Shown here piece after piece: positions 22,791 through 36,449 of a stretch of DNA of 64,000 bases. A program made the translations under genes and the position numbers. Origin of the DNA: Mustelus asterias. Lineage: Eukaryota. The first letter of the stretch is position 1. The number at the start of each line of letters is the position of its first letter. The stretch is from the NCBI RefSeq assembly GCF_964213995.1, contig NC_135830.1:992001-1056000 (forward strand), read 5' to 3'. The notes below the pieces were generated by a model. The model was not told where the DNA came from. It did not search any database and saw only the letters and a list, made by a program, of their open reading frames with translations.

Positions 22791-25295
22791 CCCTACTGGG
22801 ACATACGAGGTGTAAAAGCTGGAGATGGCTAGATTTCTTTCAGACACAGTGACACTATCTCTGGCAAAATGCAAAATACGTTTGCACACTGTTATGGGGA
22901 AATATAGCGAAGCTACTTCATATGTGTAAGTCAGTAATCGCAATAATCGTAGTAATCAGACTTTATTTCCCACATCACTATTAATAATTACTACAAATCG
23001 CCTTGAAGGAGGAAAGGGAGTAGAGATCTGGAGAGGTGTTGGAAAAAAGTTACAGACATTAACCCCTGCTAATTGAAGGTCCAATTATGAAGTGATTAAA
23101 ATTGACGATGCACAAAAGGAGAATGGACGGGTTGGAACAACTTAGAGAGATAGAGTTTTTTTTCATGCTGCTGGCCCTGAGTAATTGGCGACCAATACAA
23201 TGGCTCGCAGCTCTCGAAGGCATGACTACTTCCCGAATGCAGGTGGAAATCTGCAACTGAACCAATTGGCAAACCGCTGCCAGTTAAATCAATTGGATTA
23301 TTTCGAAGTTTACTTTGCTGGACCTGACCACGGCTGGATTACTCTGCACCATTCTGGTCTCCGTTCCTCAGGAAATCTTTACGTGTCCTATTTTGAAACA
23401 AAGGATTGCAAGCAAGATTTTTCTGATGAGATGAATGTGCTATGAGGACAAATGGAGCCTACACTTCCTGAAGGTTTAAAAATGAAGGATGTTTGCATTG
23501 AAAGGCAAGAAAAAGAAATCTCTTGGGAGGACAAACAAGGTAAATGGTTTAATATTTCTCTTGTTTGCAGTTTGGTGCATCAGAAATTGAGGGTGACGAT
23601 CACTTATGCTCAGGCTTTTAGGATTGTGAAGTAAGAAATCTTAACTCCATTGCACATCACAGCGTGTTTCTACCACAGAGACAAAGATCACCACTTGGTT
23701 GCTAATCCTTGTTTCGTTGCTGTTGCTGGTTAAAATCCTGGAACTCCCTTTCTAACATCACTCTTTTCTTGCAATGCTATGCTGCTCGACCAGTGCAGTG
23801 GGAAGGGAAAATCCCGTCAGATGTGTTCCAAATCCAGGTGGACTGCATCTCCACATCACCGTTCTATAAGGCAGCTCGTCACTACCTCCTCAATGGCAGC
23901 AATGAATCATTAATCAAAGCTGGCATATCCAGACACGCCCACATCCGATGACCGACTTTTTTTTCCAAAAAGGTTGATTGAATTAGTTTTCGGAAGGAGA
24001 AAAATTCAGGAACTAATGGAACCAAATGATGGGTGCAGCTGAAGTACCTGATTTGTAGAACCATTTCAATAAACCGCTTCTTCATGCTTGCGTAGTAGCT
24101 TCTCATCCTTACGAAATTGTATACCAGAAATTGATGAAATTTTCAGTTATCTGCTTAACCATCTTGCCCCATTTCATACATTAGTTTCTGCATGTCTATG
24201 TTCAGGTCCCTCTGAGCCTGCATTCCATTCAGAACAGTATGCTTAATTATTTTTGTGGTCCCTCATTCTTCCTTCCAAAAACTGACACTTCAAAGCTCTC
24301 TGCAGTGAATTCCTCCCGCCACACGCCCGGACATTCCAAACAATATTGCGAGGTACTCTTCAGCTTGCGTGCTGTCCGGCTAAAAATGTCACCATATTTT
24401 GTTGTTGCACAATCTATCTATTTCAAAATTCAGTCTAATTAAATCAAATTCAAAGTCCTTAGTAAATGCCAAGGGAAACAGTCCGTCTGGAATCTGTTAC
24501 TTGGAAAACCTACTGTATACCTTCCTCCAGTGATAATCATCACTGATGTTAGATTGAACGTCTCTATACAAAGAATAACCAGTCACTGGAATGACCTTTT
24601 AGAAATTTAAAACCAATTCTCTTATTGGTTCTGAGATTGCTAAGGATAAGTGAATCATGAGAACTAATTATCTCATTTATTGTTCATGGCTGAAGTTTAT
24701 CCAAATTATATAAACCGTGGCATTAATAATAACATTGAAACGATTGGGACGTCCATGCCCATACTGGGCTCTATCCTCATTTTTCTCGCTACAGATTGAC
24801 AAGGAATCTAGCTTTCGTGCACTTCCCATTCCGTCTGTGGCCACCTTATTGAGGGACGGAAGCTTTCCTCATTGCTAAGGTATGACCACCGGACGTCTCA
24901 ATGCAAAATTTACTTATTTTCTCTAAGGTTTGGCCACTCCACTTGTATTCATGTCCCACAGAGTGTCACAATTATTAAATTCCTCAACAAAATAATCGGG
25001 TTGTACCTGAGAACCTGAAAATGAATCATGTCCAAGCACAACCAGAATTTGTACTCATTGCAGGAATCATAATACAGTTGTCAAGTGTCAGAGATTTTTA
25101 TTTTTGATTGATGAATGTTGTTTCAGGAACGTGAGTCAATGAATGGAAGTCCAGCATTATCTCTGAGCAGAAGTGCATTGACTTGAATATTTTCTGTACG
25201 GGTATTTCTTATTCTTCAGCTGTTATTTATTTATTTAAAAATGCTGATAGCTGGTGGTGTGATGTGAAATGTCATGCGATAGTAAAAGATGCCAG

Positions 25296-25320
25296 ATATA
25301 TATATATATATATATATATA
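25296..25320. repeat. (AT)n microsatellite
   Basis: Run of AT dinucleotides. Confidence 0.95.
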
Positions 25321-27006
25321 AAACAACCAATCCGTGTCAGTGACATTCACCGCAATATGCAGGGGGATTTTGCCCCGATGTCACTAATAACCTGCGGTTC
25401 CGGTATCATAAGGAACTAAAACAAGGAACTGATTCTCTCCTTCCAAGTAGATGCGCTTATCTCTGCTTCCATGTCACCAACCGATAGAAAGCATGTGCTC
25501 CCATTTTAGTCACAGCCCAAATTATTTTTATTTATGAAAACAACAGTTTGCTTGCGATAGATACAGAGTGAACCAGTGTCATGGAACTCAGTCTACTCTA
25601 TTTTCTGTCTATGTCACGCAGATGGTGTTATCTCAGCTATATTGCTGGGCGCGCCCAAATATTAATTCAGTTCCTCTTCAATTTCTGATACAGAAATTGC
25701 TGCAAAAGCGAGTGACCGTTAAGAAGAAATTATGGGGCAGGGAAGTGAAAATACCCCTTTGTAAACATCTCAGTTCTGCATTTTTTTCTTGCCAAGTCGT
25801 TGATAATCGTGTATAATGTACTTCACATCTTAACTGAAACAAATAGTCAGCAAGGGTCTAAAAGTGGGCTAGTCGGACGTATAGATTAATGAGTGTTTAA
25901 ATATTTGCATCTAGAAAATTAATCAAAGAATTGGAAATAATGCATCACAGTAGAATCAGGCAATATCAATTCAATTTGTTTTCAATTCCATCAGTTGTAT
26001 GATTCTGATATCTACGGACATGAGGCAGATGACGGCTCACCCATGCTCAGTTATGTGTAAGTAACTTGCATTCTGGGAACTGAGCGCTAATTTTCAGTTG
26101 CTGATACAGTTACTTACAGTTTTTTCCCTAAAGGTTAGATCACAAACGAGTGTCTTTGCTTAACGAGTCACTGATAAATATGATTATTAAACACTATTAT
26201 TGTTTGTCCGTCAACTAACCTCAATTCAGCAAAATTGATTGACTTACGATTACGAATAAGTAGCGATGCAGAATTTATGAATCATTTCATAATCGTAATT
26301 TTCAGCTCACATGAAATGGAACATAAAATATGTAAATTGGGGGCGAAACCGCCCGATGTTGATTTGTTTTAACACCTGCAACTTGGACTGATATTTTCGG
26401 TGAGCCATGTAATTTGGGAGGCGGAGGAGGGGGCTGGGGTTCGCACAGATGGATAGCAAGCAGGAACCAAAGAAACATGCAATGCAATGATATCACTACT
26501 GACATACCCAAGAATTTGCATCTGAATAATAATGGCTAAACGGCTAATGATGTAAACTCTGTTAATTTCTACTGAGGAGTTGCTTTGGCGAATGATGTGC
26601 GAGAAAACCGTGGATATCGTGAAAAGATACGGTTTAAAGAGGGAGCAAGGACATGCAGCCTCGGGATTCGCACAGCTAAAAGCAAATTCTCGTGATAAAT
26701 TGAGAAGTGTTTTCATAAAACAAGCGCAAACTTTAGTTTTATTAATAAAGGCATCGACTCCAAAACTCAAGAACGTTCGACCAAACCTTTATTAATACAT
26801 GATAATGTATCCACTTGAGTATTGTGTTCAGGCCCAGGTACCACACTTTAGGAAGAAGGTCACGTTCTTGAAAGTGCTATTTAGAAGGGACTGTGGATAT
26901 CAGTTCTGTTGAGAGAATGGGGAAAAAAGACTGTTCTTCTAAAAATTGACGCAAATAGAATTCAAGATGCGTTCAAAATGAATTGGCCATGGTTTTGAAT
27001 TGTTGT

Positions 27007-27183
27007 GGTAAAAGCTGAGACCACTCAAGCCTGTCAGTTTCAGACAGCAAAGTCTATCAGACACACAAATGCGAGAGAGAGAGATAAACGTACAACCTGT
27101 TATAATGCCTTTCCATTGCACAGAGCTTGTTAAACATTTATAGCTCTTGTCTCCCTTCTATTCACAATGATTTTCTCAATAAT
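27007..27183 (+). repeat. 177-bp segment duplicated at 29972-30148
   Basis: Apparently identical sequence; identical N-terminal peptides in ORFs 26939..27121 and 29757..30086. Confidence 0.95.
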
Positions 27184-28687
27184 TTCCTGAACTAACCATA
27201 CTGTTCAGTCAGTGCATATTCCCCTTATCTCATCGCCCAGTCATCGCTCCAGTTTCCCCCAATCACCTGCTTTGTCCTGTTCACCGATTGATGTGTGTGT
27301 TATTATTATTGTTATATCTGCTGGGTCAGCCGCTTCTGGAGATATCATTGGTCAAGGTTTCAATTACCCGAGTAGAATTGGGTTAATTTCCCATGGTGCC
27401 AAGATGGAACTCTCATAACTGCGTTTGTCCATTCTGAAGTCATTAATGCAACATTTAACATTAATCTTCAGTATTTTTAAAAATTTATCCTGCTTCAGTC
27501 CTCCTTCTGGACTCTTGATCAGGTGCTATCTGTCCCAGTGGGGACATTCGCAGACATTATACACATCAGTGGCGTGAGGGATCACAGTGGAATCAAACGG
27601 GCTTCGGATCTGTTGCCCTACTTTTCTCCCACGATTTTCCCGAGTCAAAAGGACGTTTCCGCGGCCACGAATCAAAATTATATTAATGTGAAAAATTGGC
27701 ATTTTTTCCCAATTTTTTCTACTCACTGGGAGAGGTCCTTCTGTCATGGGAAAAATCATTGTATATCCTTTCTTCGCTGCCATTGCCATCTCCATCGGTT
27801 GGCTTACATCAGACTCTTGTAACAGCAAACACAGAGACTGTAATACAGGATTATAATAGACGCAGCTATCACTGCCATCATTCTTGCTTCTCAACACTAA
27901 TACTACATTTCGCCACCTTGACTCGATTTCTCTTTGAGCATTCTAATTCCCTGGCCTTAGCTGTGGCAATATTTCCTTGCACCCCTCCCCTCGTGATTGC
28001 TCGTAACTTTATTACAGTGTTAATGTCAGCCTACTTGTGACTAATAAAAAATAAATAAAAATTTTGTACCATCCACGCTGTTGTGGTCATGGTCCACTCC
28101 ACCGCTAGCCAAGCTAATTGTTTAATGTACGGTTTCAACATGGACGCATCTCTGATCCAATGGAGGATGTAGCCATAAGATAAATGTCGTCCAAAAAATT
28201 ATTCAGTGATTGGCAAACAGGACTGTGGCTACGTTCACCCTCATACACTCCACAGAGGAACCTTGTCCTGTCTGTCAGAAATAATGACCGTGCAGGGGAA
28301 GTTCTGAATGCCTTAAAGGCATCTTCAAGAGGTTTAATCAACATCACAATGGCAGAATCGTTACTCGTGTGTTTCAGCGCTTTGCATGAGCAGATGACGT
28401 AATGTTGAGTAAAACACCCAGGTTCCTGTAGACCCTCCTAATCCATCCCTTTGCCGGGAATTGGATTTTCCATCCACCCTTATATGTTCATTTATCATTT
28501 TCCTTTGGTATACTCATCAGAAAAATATTTAATTTCACAAATATTCTCTTGCATGCTGCACAAATGCTAATACCTGATGCTCTTCTGTAAATGGATAAGG
28601 TCAAATTTCTCCACAGCCGACAATGTGTTGAGCTGCGGTAACAAATCTTACATCTTCAACAATCAATCTTACGTCTTTAGTGTCTGA

Positions 28688-29411
28688 CATAAGAACATAA
28701 GAACTAGGAGCAGAAGTAGGCCATCTAACCCCTCGAGCCTGCTCCGCCATTCAATAAGATCATGGCTGATCTTTTTGTGGTCTCAGCTCCACTTATCGCC
28801 TGCTCACCATAACCCTTAATTCCTTTACTGTTCAAAAATTTATCTATCCTTACCTTAAAAACATTCAATGAGGTAGCCTCAACTGCTTCACTGGGCAGGG
28901 AATTCCACAGATTCACAACCCTTTGTGTGAAGAAGTACCTCCTCAACTCAGTCCTGAATCTGCTTCCCCTTATTTTGAGGCTATGCCCCCGAGTTCTATT
29001 TTCACCCGCCAGTGGAAACAATTTCCCTACTTCTATCTTATCTATTCCCTTCATAATCTTACATGTTTCTATAAAATCTCCCCTCATTCTTCTGAATTTC
29101 AATGAGCATAGCCCCATTCTACTCAGTCTCTCCTCATAAGCCAACCCTCTCAACTCTGGAATCAACCGAGTGAATCTCCTCTGTACCCCCCTCCAGTGCC
29201 AGTATATCCTTTCTCAAGTAAGGAGACCAAAACCGCACACAGTACTCCAGGTGTGGCCTCACCAGCACCTTACACAGCTGCAAAATAATCTTTCTGTTTT
29301 TAAACTCCATCCCTCTAGCAATGAAGGACAAAATTCCATTGACCTTCTTAATTGCCTGCTGCACCTGCAAACCAACTCCTTGAGATTCCTAACCAACTCC
29401 TTGAGATTCCT
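28688..29411 (-). mobile_element. CR1 3' fragment
   Basis: ORFs 28725..29165 and 29134..29370; CATAAGAA tail. Confidence 0.92.
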
Positions 29412-30263
29412 CCCATGACCTAACATTATATATAATCGCCCAAGCCAACCTGCCACAAACCCTACCCCTAGAATGTGAATCAGTCATAATGATGATTTTT
29501 ATCCTTTTGGTAAATCTTCCTCCTGATCTTCTGTTGCTGATTTTTAAAAATGTTCTTCGCAGTGAAATGCAATCATCCCATTGTCTGCTTTGCCAGCTCG
29601 GAGACATAAGTGCAATAACGTATGCATTGTCCAATCAATCAACAGATCTGGATAAAGTTGGCCAATTTGTAAGTCACATCTAGTGTATTATCATGCAATA
29701 TCTATTTGGGTTTCCCACATCTCATTATTCCATGTGGGTTGGTGATGGACATTTAGTCAGTTCTGATTCTGCAAGTTGATGGCACTAATGGCAGGTCTGT
29801 AATATGAGAAGAGATCAGTTAGGATCATATTCAGCGGAGTTGAGAAGAGTGAGAGGGGATCACAAAGAAACTTATAACATTCTACAAGGAATAGACAGGT
29901 TTGATCCAGGAAAGAAAATGTTCGCAATGGTGGGAGAGTCCCGAGCTTGAGGTCATATTTTGAGGATAAGGGGTAAAAGCTGAGACCACTCAAGCCTGTC
30001 AGTTTCAGACAGCAAAGTCTATCAGACACACAAATGCGAGAGAGAGAGATAAACGTACAACCTGTTATAATGCCTTTCCATTGCACAGAGCTTGTTAAAC
30101 ATTTATAGCTCTTGTCTCCCTTCTATTCACAATGATTTTCTCAATAATATCTTCGGGAGGCAGTAGAGATCTCCAACGCGGGGAGTACGTGGGATGAGAG
30201 CACGGAGCGTGTTCTGAAGGTCCGGATCAAAGGTCTTGATCAGAGTGTTGAGTTGACGGGTGT

Positions 30264-31457
30264 GTGACAGCCATGGGGACCAAATTTGCACCTCAATATG
30301 CCAACATCTTCATGCACAGGTTCGAACAAGACTTCTTCACCGCACGGGACCTTCAACCGATGCTATACACTAGATACATCGATGACATTTTCTTCCTTTG
30401 GACTCATGGTGAACAATCACTGAAACAACTCTATGATGACATCAACAAGTTCCATCCCACCATCAGACTCACCATAGACTACTCTCCGGAATCGGTTGCA
30501 TTCTTGGACACACGCATCTCCATTAAGGACGGTCACCTCAGCACCTCACTGTACCGCAAGCCCACGGATAACCTCACGATGCTCCACGTCTCCAGCTTCC
30601 ACCCTAAACACGTTAAAGAAGCCATCCCCTACGGACAAGCCCTCCGTATACACAGGATCTGCTCGGATGAGGAGGATTGCAACAGATACCTCCAGACGCT
30701 GAAAGATGCCCTCATAAGAACAGGATATGGTGCTCGACTCATTGATCAACAGTTCCAACGCGCCACAGCGAAAAACCGCACCGACCTCCTCAGAAGACAA
30801 ACACGGGACACAGTGGACAGAGTACCCTTCGTTGTCCAGTACTTCCCCGGAGCGGAGAAGCTACGGCATCTCCTCCGGAGCCTTCAACATGTCATTGATG
30901 AAGACGAACATCTCACCAAGGCCATTCCCACACCCCCACTTCTTGCCTTCAAACAACCGCACAACCTCAAACAGACCATTGTCCGCAGCAAACTACCCAG
31001 CCTTCAGGAGAACAGTGACCATGACACCACACAACCCTGCCACAGCAACCTCTGCAAGACGTGCCGGATCATCGACACAGATGCCATCATCTCACGCGAG
31101 AACACCATCCACCAGGTACACGGTACATACTCTTGCAACTCAGCCAACGTTGTCTACCTGATACGCTGCAAGAAAGGATGTCCCGAGGCATGGTACATTG
31201 GGGAAACTATGCAGACGCTGCGACAACGGATGAATGAACACCGCTTGACAATCACCAGGCAAGACTGTTCTCTTCCTGTTGGGGAGCACTTCAGCGGTCA
31301 CGGGCATTCGGCCTCTGATATTCGGGTAAGCGTTCTCCAAGGCGGCCTTCGCGACACACGACGGCGCAGAGTCGCTGAGCAGAAACTGATAGCCAAGTTC
31401 CGCACACACGAGGACAGCCTCAACCGGGATATTGGGTTCATGGCACACTATTTGTAA
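30264..31457 (+). CDS. Penelope-like RT (C-terminal half) plus GIY-YIG endonuclease, 5'-truncated
   Basis: 397-aa open frame; the start is an artefact of the inversion junction. Confidence 0.88.
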   Translation: MTAMGTKFAPQYANIFMHRFEQDFFTARDLQPMLYTRYIDDIFFLWTHGEQSLKQLYDDINKFHPTIRLTIDYSPESVAFLDTRISIKDGHLSTSLYRKPTDNLTMLHVSSFHPKHVKEAIPYGQALRIHRICSDEEDCNRYLQTLKDALIRTGYGARLIDQQFQRATAKNRTDLLRRQTRDTVDRVPFVVQYFPGAEKLRHLLRSLQHVIDEDEHLTKAIPTPPLLAFKQPHNLKQTIVRSKLPSLQENSDHDTTQPCHSNLCKTCRIIDTDAIISRENTIHQVHGTYSCNSANVVYLIRCKKGCPEAWYIGETMQTLRQRMNEHRLTITRQDCSLPVGEHFSGHGHSASDIRVSVLQGGLRDTRRRRVAEQKLIAKFRTHEDSLNRDIGFMAHYL

Positions 31458-31643
31458 CCCCCACAGAGTTTCACTGGCTGTCTTGTCTGGAGACAATATA
31501 CATCTTTTTAGCCTGTCTTGATGCTCTCTCCACTCACATTGTTTTGTTTCTTAAAGATTCTGTAAGTATTCGCATTCCAACCATTATTCATGTAAATTGA
31601 GTCTGTGTCTTTATAAGCTCTGTTTGTGAACAGAATTCCCACT

Positions 31644-31680
31644 CACCTGAAGAAGGGGCTTGCAGCTCCGAAAGCTTGTG
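31644..31680 (+). ncRNA. Minimal type I hammerhead ribozyme in the pLTR
   Basis: CAC-CUGAAGA-stem II-GAA-AGCU-U-GUG: 3-bp stem I, palindromic stem III. Confidence 0.75.
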
Positions 31681-31811
31681 TGGCTTTTGCTACCAAATGA
31701 ACCTGTTGGACTTTAACCTGGTGTTGTTAAACTTCTTACTGTGTTTACCCCAGTCCAACGCCGGCATCTCCACATCGTAGCTATGAGCACCCAGCAGATG
31801 GTGATCTCTTT

Positions 31812-32128
31812 CATCATAGAATCCCTACAGTTCAGAAGGAGGCCATTCGGCCCCACAACTCTGCGCCGACCACAATGCCACCCAGGACTCATTCCCCAAA
31901 ACATTTACCCCATTAATCACCCTGGCACTCGGTTCAACTGAGCATGGCCAATCATCCTAACCCGCACGTTGTTGCACTGTGGGAGGAAACTGGAGCACCC
32001 GCAGGAAAACCACGCAGACACAGGGAAAAGGTGCAAAATCGACACAGACCGTGACCAAGGCTGGAATTGAAACTTGGTTTCTGGCGCTGTGAGGCAGCAG
32101 TGCCAACCACTCTGTCAGTGTGCCGCCC
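31812..32128 (-). mobile_element. HE1-related SINE
   Basis: Diverged match to 5040-5376. Confidence 0.85.
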
Positions 32129-32344
32129 ACGGCATCACAAGACACTGAAAGAGGTTTGAGGAGATTCGGGGTTAAATTTAACTCTTTATTTCCCAAGACA
32201 GGAAAGAATGAGTTAAACAATGGCATCGTTGTATTCAGGGAAAAATCTTTCCCGAGGATTGTGAATTTGATACTTGCATTGATATTTGTCTTCCTGCTAA
32301 TAAATGTGTCAGTTTCCAGCAAATTATTCCATTCCATTCTCTTC

Positions 32345-33470
32345 TAACAGAGAACAAAGATCAAAGAAAAGTACAGCACAGGAACAGTCCCTTCGGTTCT
32401 CCAAGCCTGCACCGACCATTCTCCTGTGCTGAACTAAAACTCCCTACCCTTCCAGGGACTATATCCATCTATTCCCCTCCTATTCATCTATTTGTCAAGG
32501 CGCCCCTTAAAAGTCACTATTGTATCTGCTTCCACTTCCCCAGCAGTGAGTTCCAGGTACTCACCACCGTCTGTGTAAAAGACTTATCTCGGACATATCA
32601 TAGAAACCCTACAGCACAGAAAGAGGCCATTTGGCCCATCGAGTCTGCACCGACCACAATCCCACCCAGGCCCTACCCCCATATCCCTACATATTTACCC
32701 ACTAATCCTTCTAACCTACACATCTCAGAACTCTCAGGGGCAATTTAGCATGGCCAATCAACCTCACCCGCACATCTTTGGACTGTGGGAGGAAACCGGA
32801 GCACCCGGAGGAAACCCACGCAGACACGAGGAGAATGTGCAAACTCCACACAGACAGTGACCCAAGCTGGGAATTGAACCCAGGTCCCTGGAGCGGTGAA
32901 GGAGCAGTGCTAACCACTGTGCTACTGTGCTGCCCAGATTTTGTCATTTATAGTGTATTTCGCATCTGCATTAGAACTTCCAAAATTCATTACCTCACAT
33001 TTGTCCGGATTAAACTCCATCTGCCATCTCTCTGCTCAAGTCTCCAACTGATCGATATCCGGCTGTATCCTTTGATGGTCCTTATCTCTATCCGCAATTC
33101 AACCAACCTTTGTGTCATCTACAAACTTACTAATCAAACCAATTACATTTTCCTCCAAATCATTTATATATATTACAAACAGAAAAGGTCCCAGCACTGA
33201 TCCCTGAGGAATGCCACTAGTCACAGCCTTCCATTCAGAAATGCACCCTTCCACTGCTACCCTCTGCCTTCTATCACTGAGCCAGTTCTGTATCCATTTT
33301 GCCAGCTCACCTCTGATCCTGTGCGACTTCACATTCTGAACCAATCTGCCATGAGGGAACTTGTTAAAGGACTTACTGAAGTCCATGTCGACAACATCCT
33401 CTGCCATACCCTTATCAACGATCTTCGTCACTTCCTCGAAAAACTCTTCCATTGTTTTAAACAGATGTTA
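32345..33470 (-). mobile_element. CR1 fragment interrupted by a SINE
   Basis: ORF 33099..33452 ([15 protein letters not shown]); 3' tail at about 32345. Confidence 0.85.
32598..32935 (-). mobile_element. HE1-like SINE
   Basis: Near-copy of 5040-5376. Confidence 0.92.
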
Positions 33471-33720
33471 ATTTACTTTTCATCCAGACTTTATATTACT
33501 TAATTATATTTGAAGAAATTTATACTTTTCTCTAAATTTTCCATTCTTCAGCTTTGATCTGTTTCATGGTCCCTTCACAAATCTGCACATTCCTGCCTAT
33601 ATTCTGTGTCATGTGTGTTCAAAATGTATTTGTTTATTTAAACTTCTCACTCCAGAACATTTAAGGCACTATCTCACTCTGTCCTATAACACACAGTGAA
33701 AAGCACATGGGGACCTTTGA

Positions 33721-35572
33721 ATAAGAACATAAGAAATAGGAGCAGGAGTAGGCCATCTAGCCCCTCAAGCCTGCCCGCCATTCAATAAGATCATGGCTGA
33801 TCTGAAGTGGATCAGTTCCACTTACCTGCCTGATCCCTATAACCCCTAATGCCCTTACCGATCAGGAATCCATCTATCCATGATTTAAACATATTGAACG
33901 AGGTAGCCTCCACCACTTCAGTGGGCAGAGAATTCCAGAGATTCACCACCCTCTGAGAGAAGAAGTTCCTCCTCAACTCTGACCTAAACTGACCCCCCTT
34001 TATTTTGAGGCTGTGCCCTCTAGTTCCAGTTTCCTTTCTAAGTGGAAAGAATCTCTCCATCTCTACCCTATCCAGCCCCTTCATTATCTTATAGGTCTCT
34101 ATAAGATCCCCCCTCAGCCTTCTAAATTCCAATGAGTACAAATCCAATCTGCTCAGTCTCTCCTCATAATCAACACCCCTCATCTTGGGTATCAACCTGG
34201 TGAACCTTCTCTGCACTCCCTCCAAGGCCAATATATCCTTCCGCAAATAAGGGGACCAATACTGTACACAGTACTCCAGCTGCGGCCTCACCAATGCCCT
34301 GTACAGATGCAGCAAGACATCTCTGCTTTTATATTCTATCCCCCTTGCGATATAGGCCAACATCCCATTTGCCTTCTTGATCACCTGTTGCACCTGCAGA
34401 CTGGGTTTTTGCGTCTCATGCACAAGGATCCCCAGGTCCCTCTGCACAGCAGCATGTTGTAATTTCTTTCCATTTAGATAATAATCCGATTTGATATTAT
34501 TTCTTCCAAAGTGAATAACCTCGCATTTGTTAACATTATACTCCATCTGCCAGATCCTCGCCCACTCACTCAGCCTGTCCAAATCTCTCTGCAGACCTTC
34601 TACACCCTCCACACGATTCACCTTTCCACTTATCTTTGTGTCATCTGCAAACTTTGTTACCCTCCACTCAGTCCCCTCCTCCAGATCGTCTATATAAATG
34701 GTAAATAGTTGAGGCCCCAGTACCGATCCCTGCGGCACGCCACTAGTCACCATCCGCCAACCAGAAAAGCACCCATTTATTCCGACTCTCTGCTTCCTGT
34801 CGGCTAGCCAATCCCCAATCCACACTAACACCCTGCCCCCAACTCCGTGTGACCCAATCGTCTTCAGCAACCTTTTGTGAGGCACCTTATCAAACTCCTT
34901 TTGGAAATCCAAAAACACCGCATACATCAGTTCCCCTCCGTCAACCGCACTAGTCACATCTTCATAAAAATCCAACAAGTTCGTCAAGCACGACTTTCCC
35001 CTCATGAATCCATGCTGCGTCTGCTTAATCGAACCATTCTTATCCAGATGGTCTGCTATTTCTTCTTTAATGATGGATTCCAGCATTTTCCCAACTACAG
35101 ACGTTAAGCTAACTGGCCTGTAGTTAACCGCCTTTTGTCTATTTCCTTTTTTAAACAGCGGCATAACATTAGCCATTTTTGAATCCGCCGGCACTACCCC
35201 AGAATCCAGCGAATTTTGATAAATAGCCACGAACGCATCCGCTATTACCTCTGACATTTCTTTCAGTACCCTGGGATGCATTCCATCCGGGCCCGGGGAC
35301 TTGTCCACCTTCAGTCCCGTTAGTCTACCAAGCACTGCCTCCCTGGTAACATTAATTGTATTGAGTACCTCTCCTCCTACCAACCCTCTATCGTTAATAT
35401 TCGGTAAACTATTTGTGTCTTCCACCGTGAAGACCGACACAAAAAACTTATTTAAAGTTTCAGCCATTTCCTCATTTCCCACTATTAAATCCCCCCTCTC
35501 GTACTCCAAGGGTCCAACATTCACTCTTGCCACTCTATTCCTTTTTATATATTTGTAAAAGCTTTTACTATC
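33721..35572 (-). mobile_element. Young CR1 with complete RT domain, no endonuclease (5'-truncated)
   Basis: 573-aa ORF 33812..35533 with [24 protein letters not shown] and FADD. Confidence 0.95.
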
Positions 35573-36449
35573 ATAAATTATTATATCATAAATAAATTAC
35601 TGTCCACTTATTTGAGTTATTAGCAAATAGAATGCTTACACGGAATTATAGTAAATGTGCTCCCAGACGTTAAATATTCCTTCCCGACCTACTGTCTGAC
35701 TCTGACTGTAACTCCAAGGAAGTTTAGGGCAAATATTTAATGGTCACTGTTGCCCCATTATTCCTCCCTCACACCGCGCACATTCACACACACCATGTGG
35801 CATTCATTAATCTGGTATCCACTCCATCAATTCATCATCACTCGATTCAATAGTGAATATACACCAAGGGGGGAGCGCAGGGGGTGGAGAGAGAAGCGGG
35901 ATTATGGTGAGCATGAGAAAAAGGGGTGACTTGAGGATTGCGGGGAGGCTGAAGTGGCGGATTTTTCGTTGAGGGATCTCTGTTCGAGCTGATGTAAAAT
36001 GCTACAGTCACTAACCACACTCGCAAATTAACATGAGGGTACTCTACTCTGGAGCACAATCTGCTCAGTCCATACTGAATTAGACAAATTAACTGTTTCA
36101 GATCCAGTGTCCCTCGGAACTGAAAATGTTTAATTTCCTATTTCTACAATTTCTAGGCATGGATTTACCAGGATGAATAAAGGAAATCAGACCTCATTCT
36201 GTGTGTCTGACTGAGACGGGGTTTTGTGCATAATATCAGATAAACACATTGTGATAATGCAATATCCGTTCACTGTTTAATGAATTTCATAATTCCAATA
36301 AATGGAAATTACACCACATTCTTCAGATCCTTGCGAAATTGTAACTGGGTCATTGCATAAATACATGCGTTGTTGCAGCAGATCAGGAGTTGGAATATAA
36401 ATCCCAGGTTCTGAACAAAAATTGTTGGATTGAATCGAATTAAATTTAA

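Larger units (their letters stand above)
30148..31776 (+). mobile_element. Penelope-like element (Neptune-type), 5'-truncated with inverted 5' piece and pLTR
   Basis: RT motifs AMGTKFAPQYANIFM and YIDDIF, CxxxxCxxC linker, GIY-YIG motif VVY...WYIGET; pLTR with hammerhead downstream. Confidence 0.93.

Noticed and set aside
25903-26521. Additional ATTTGCAT octamers
   Set aside because: No TATA, leader or V exon nearby; compatible with chance in AT-rich DNA.
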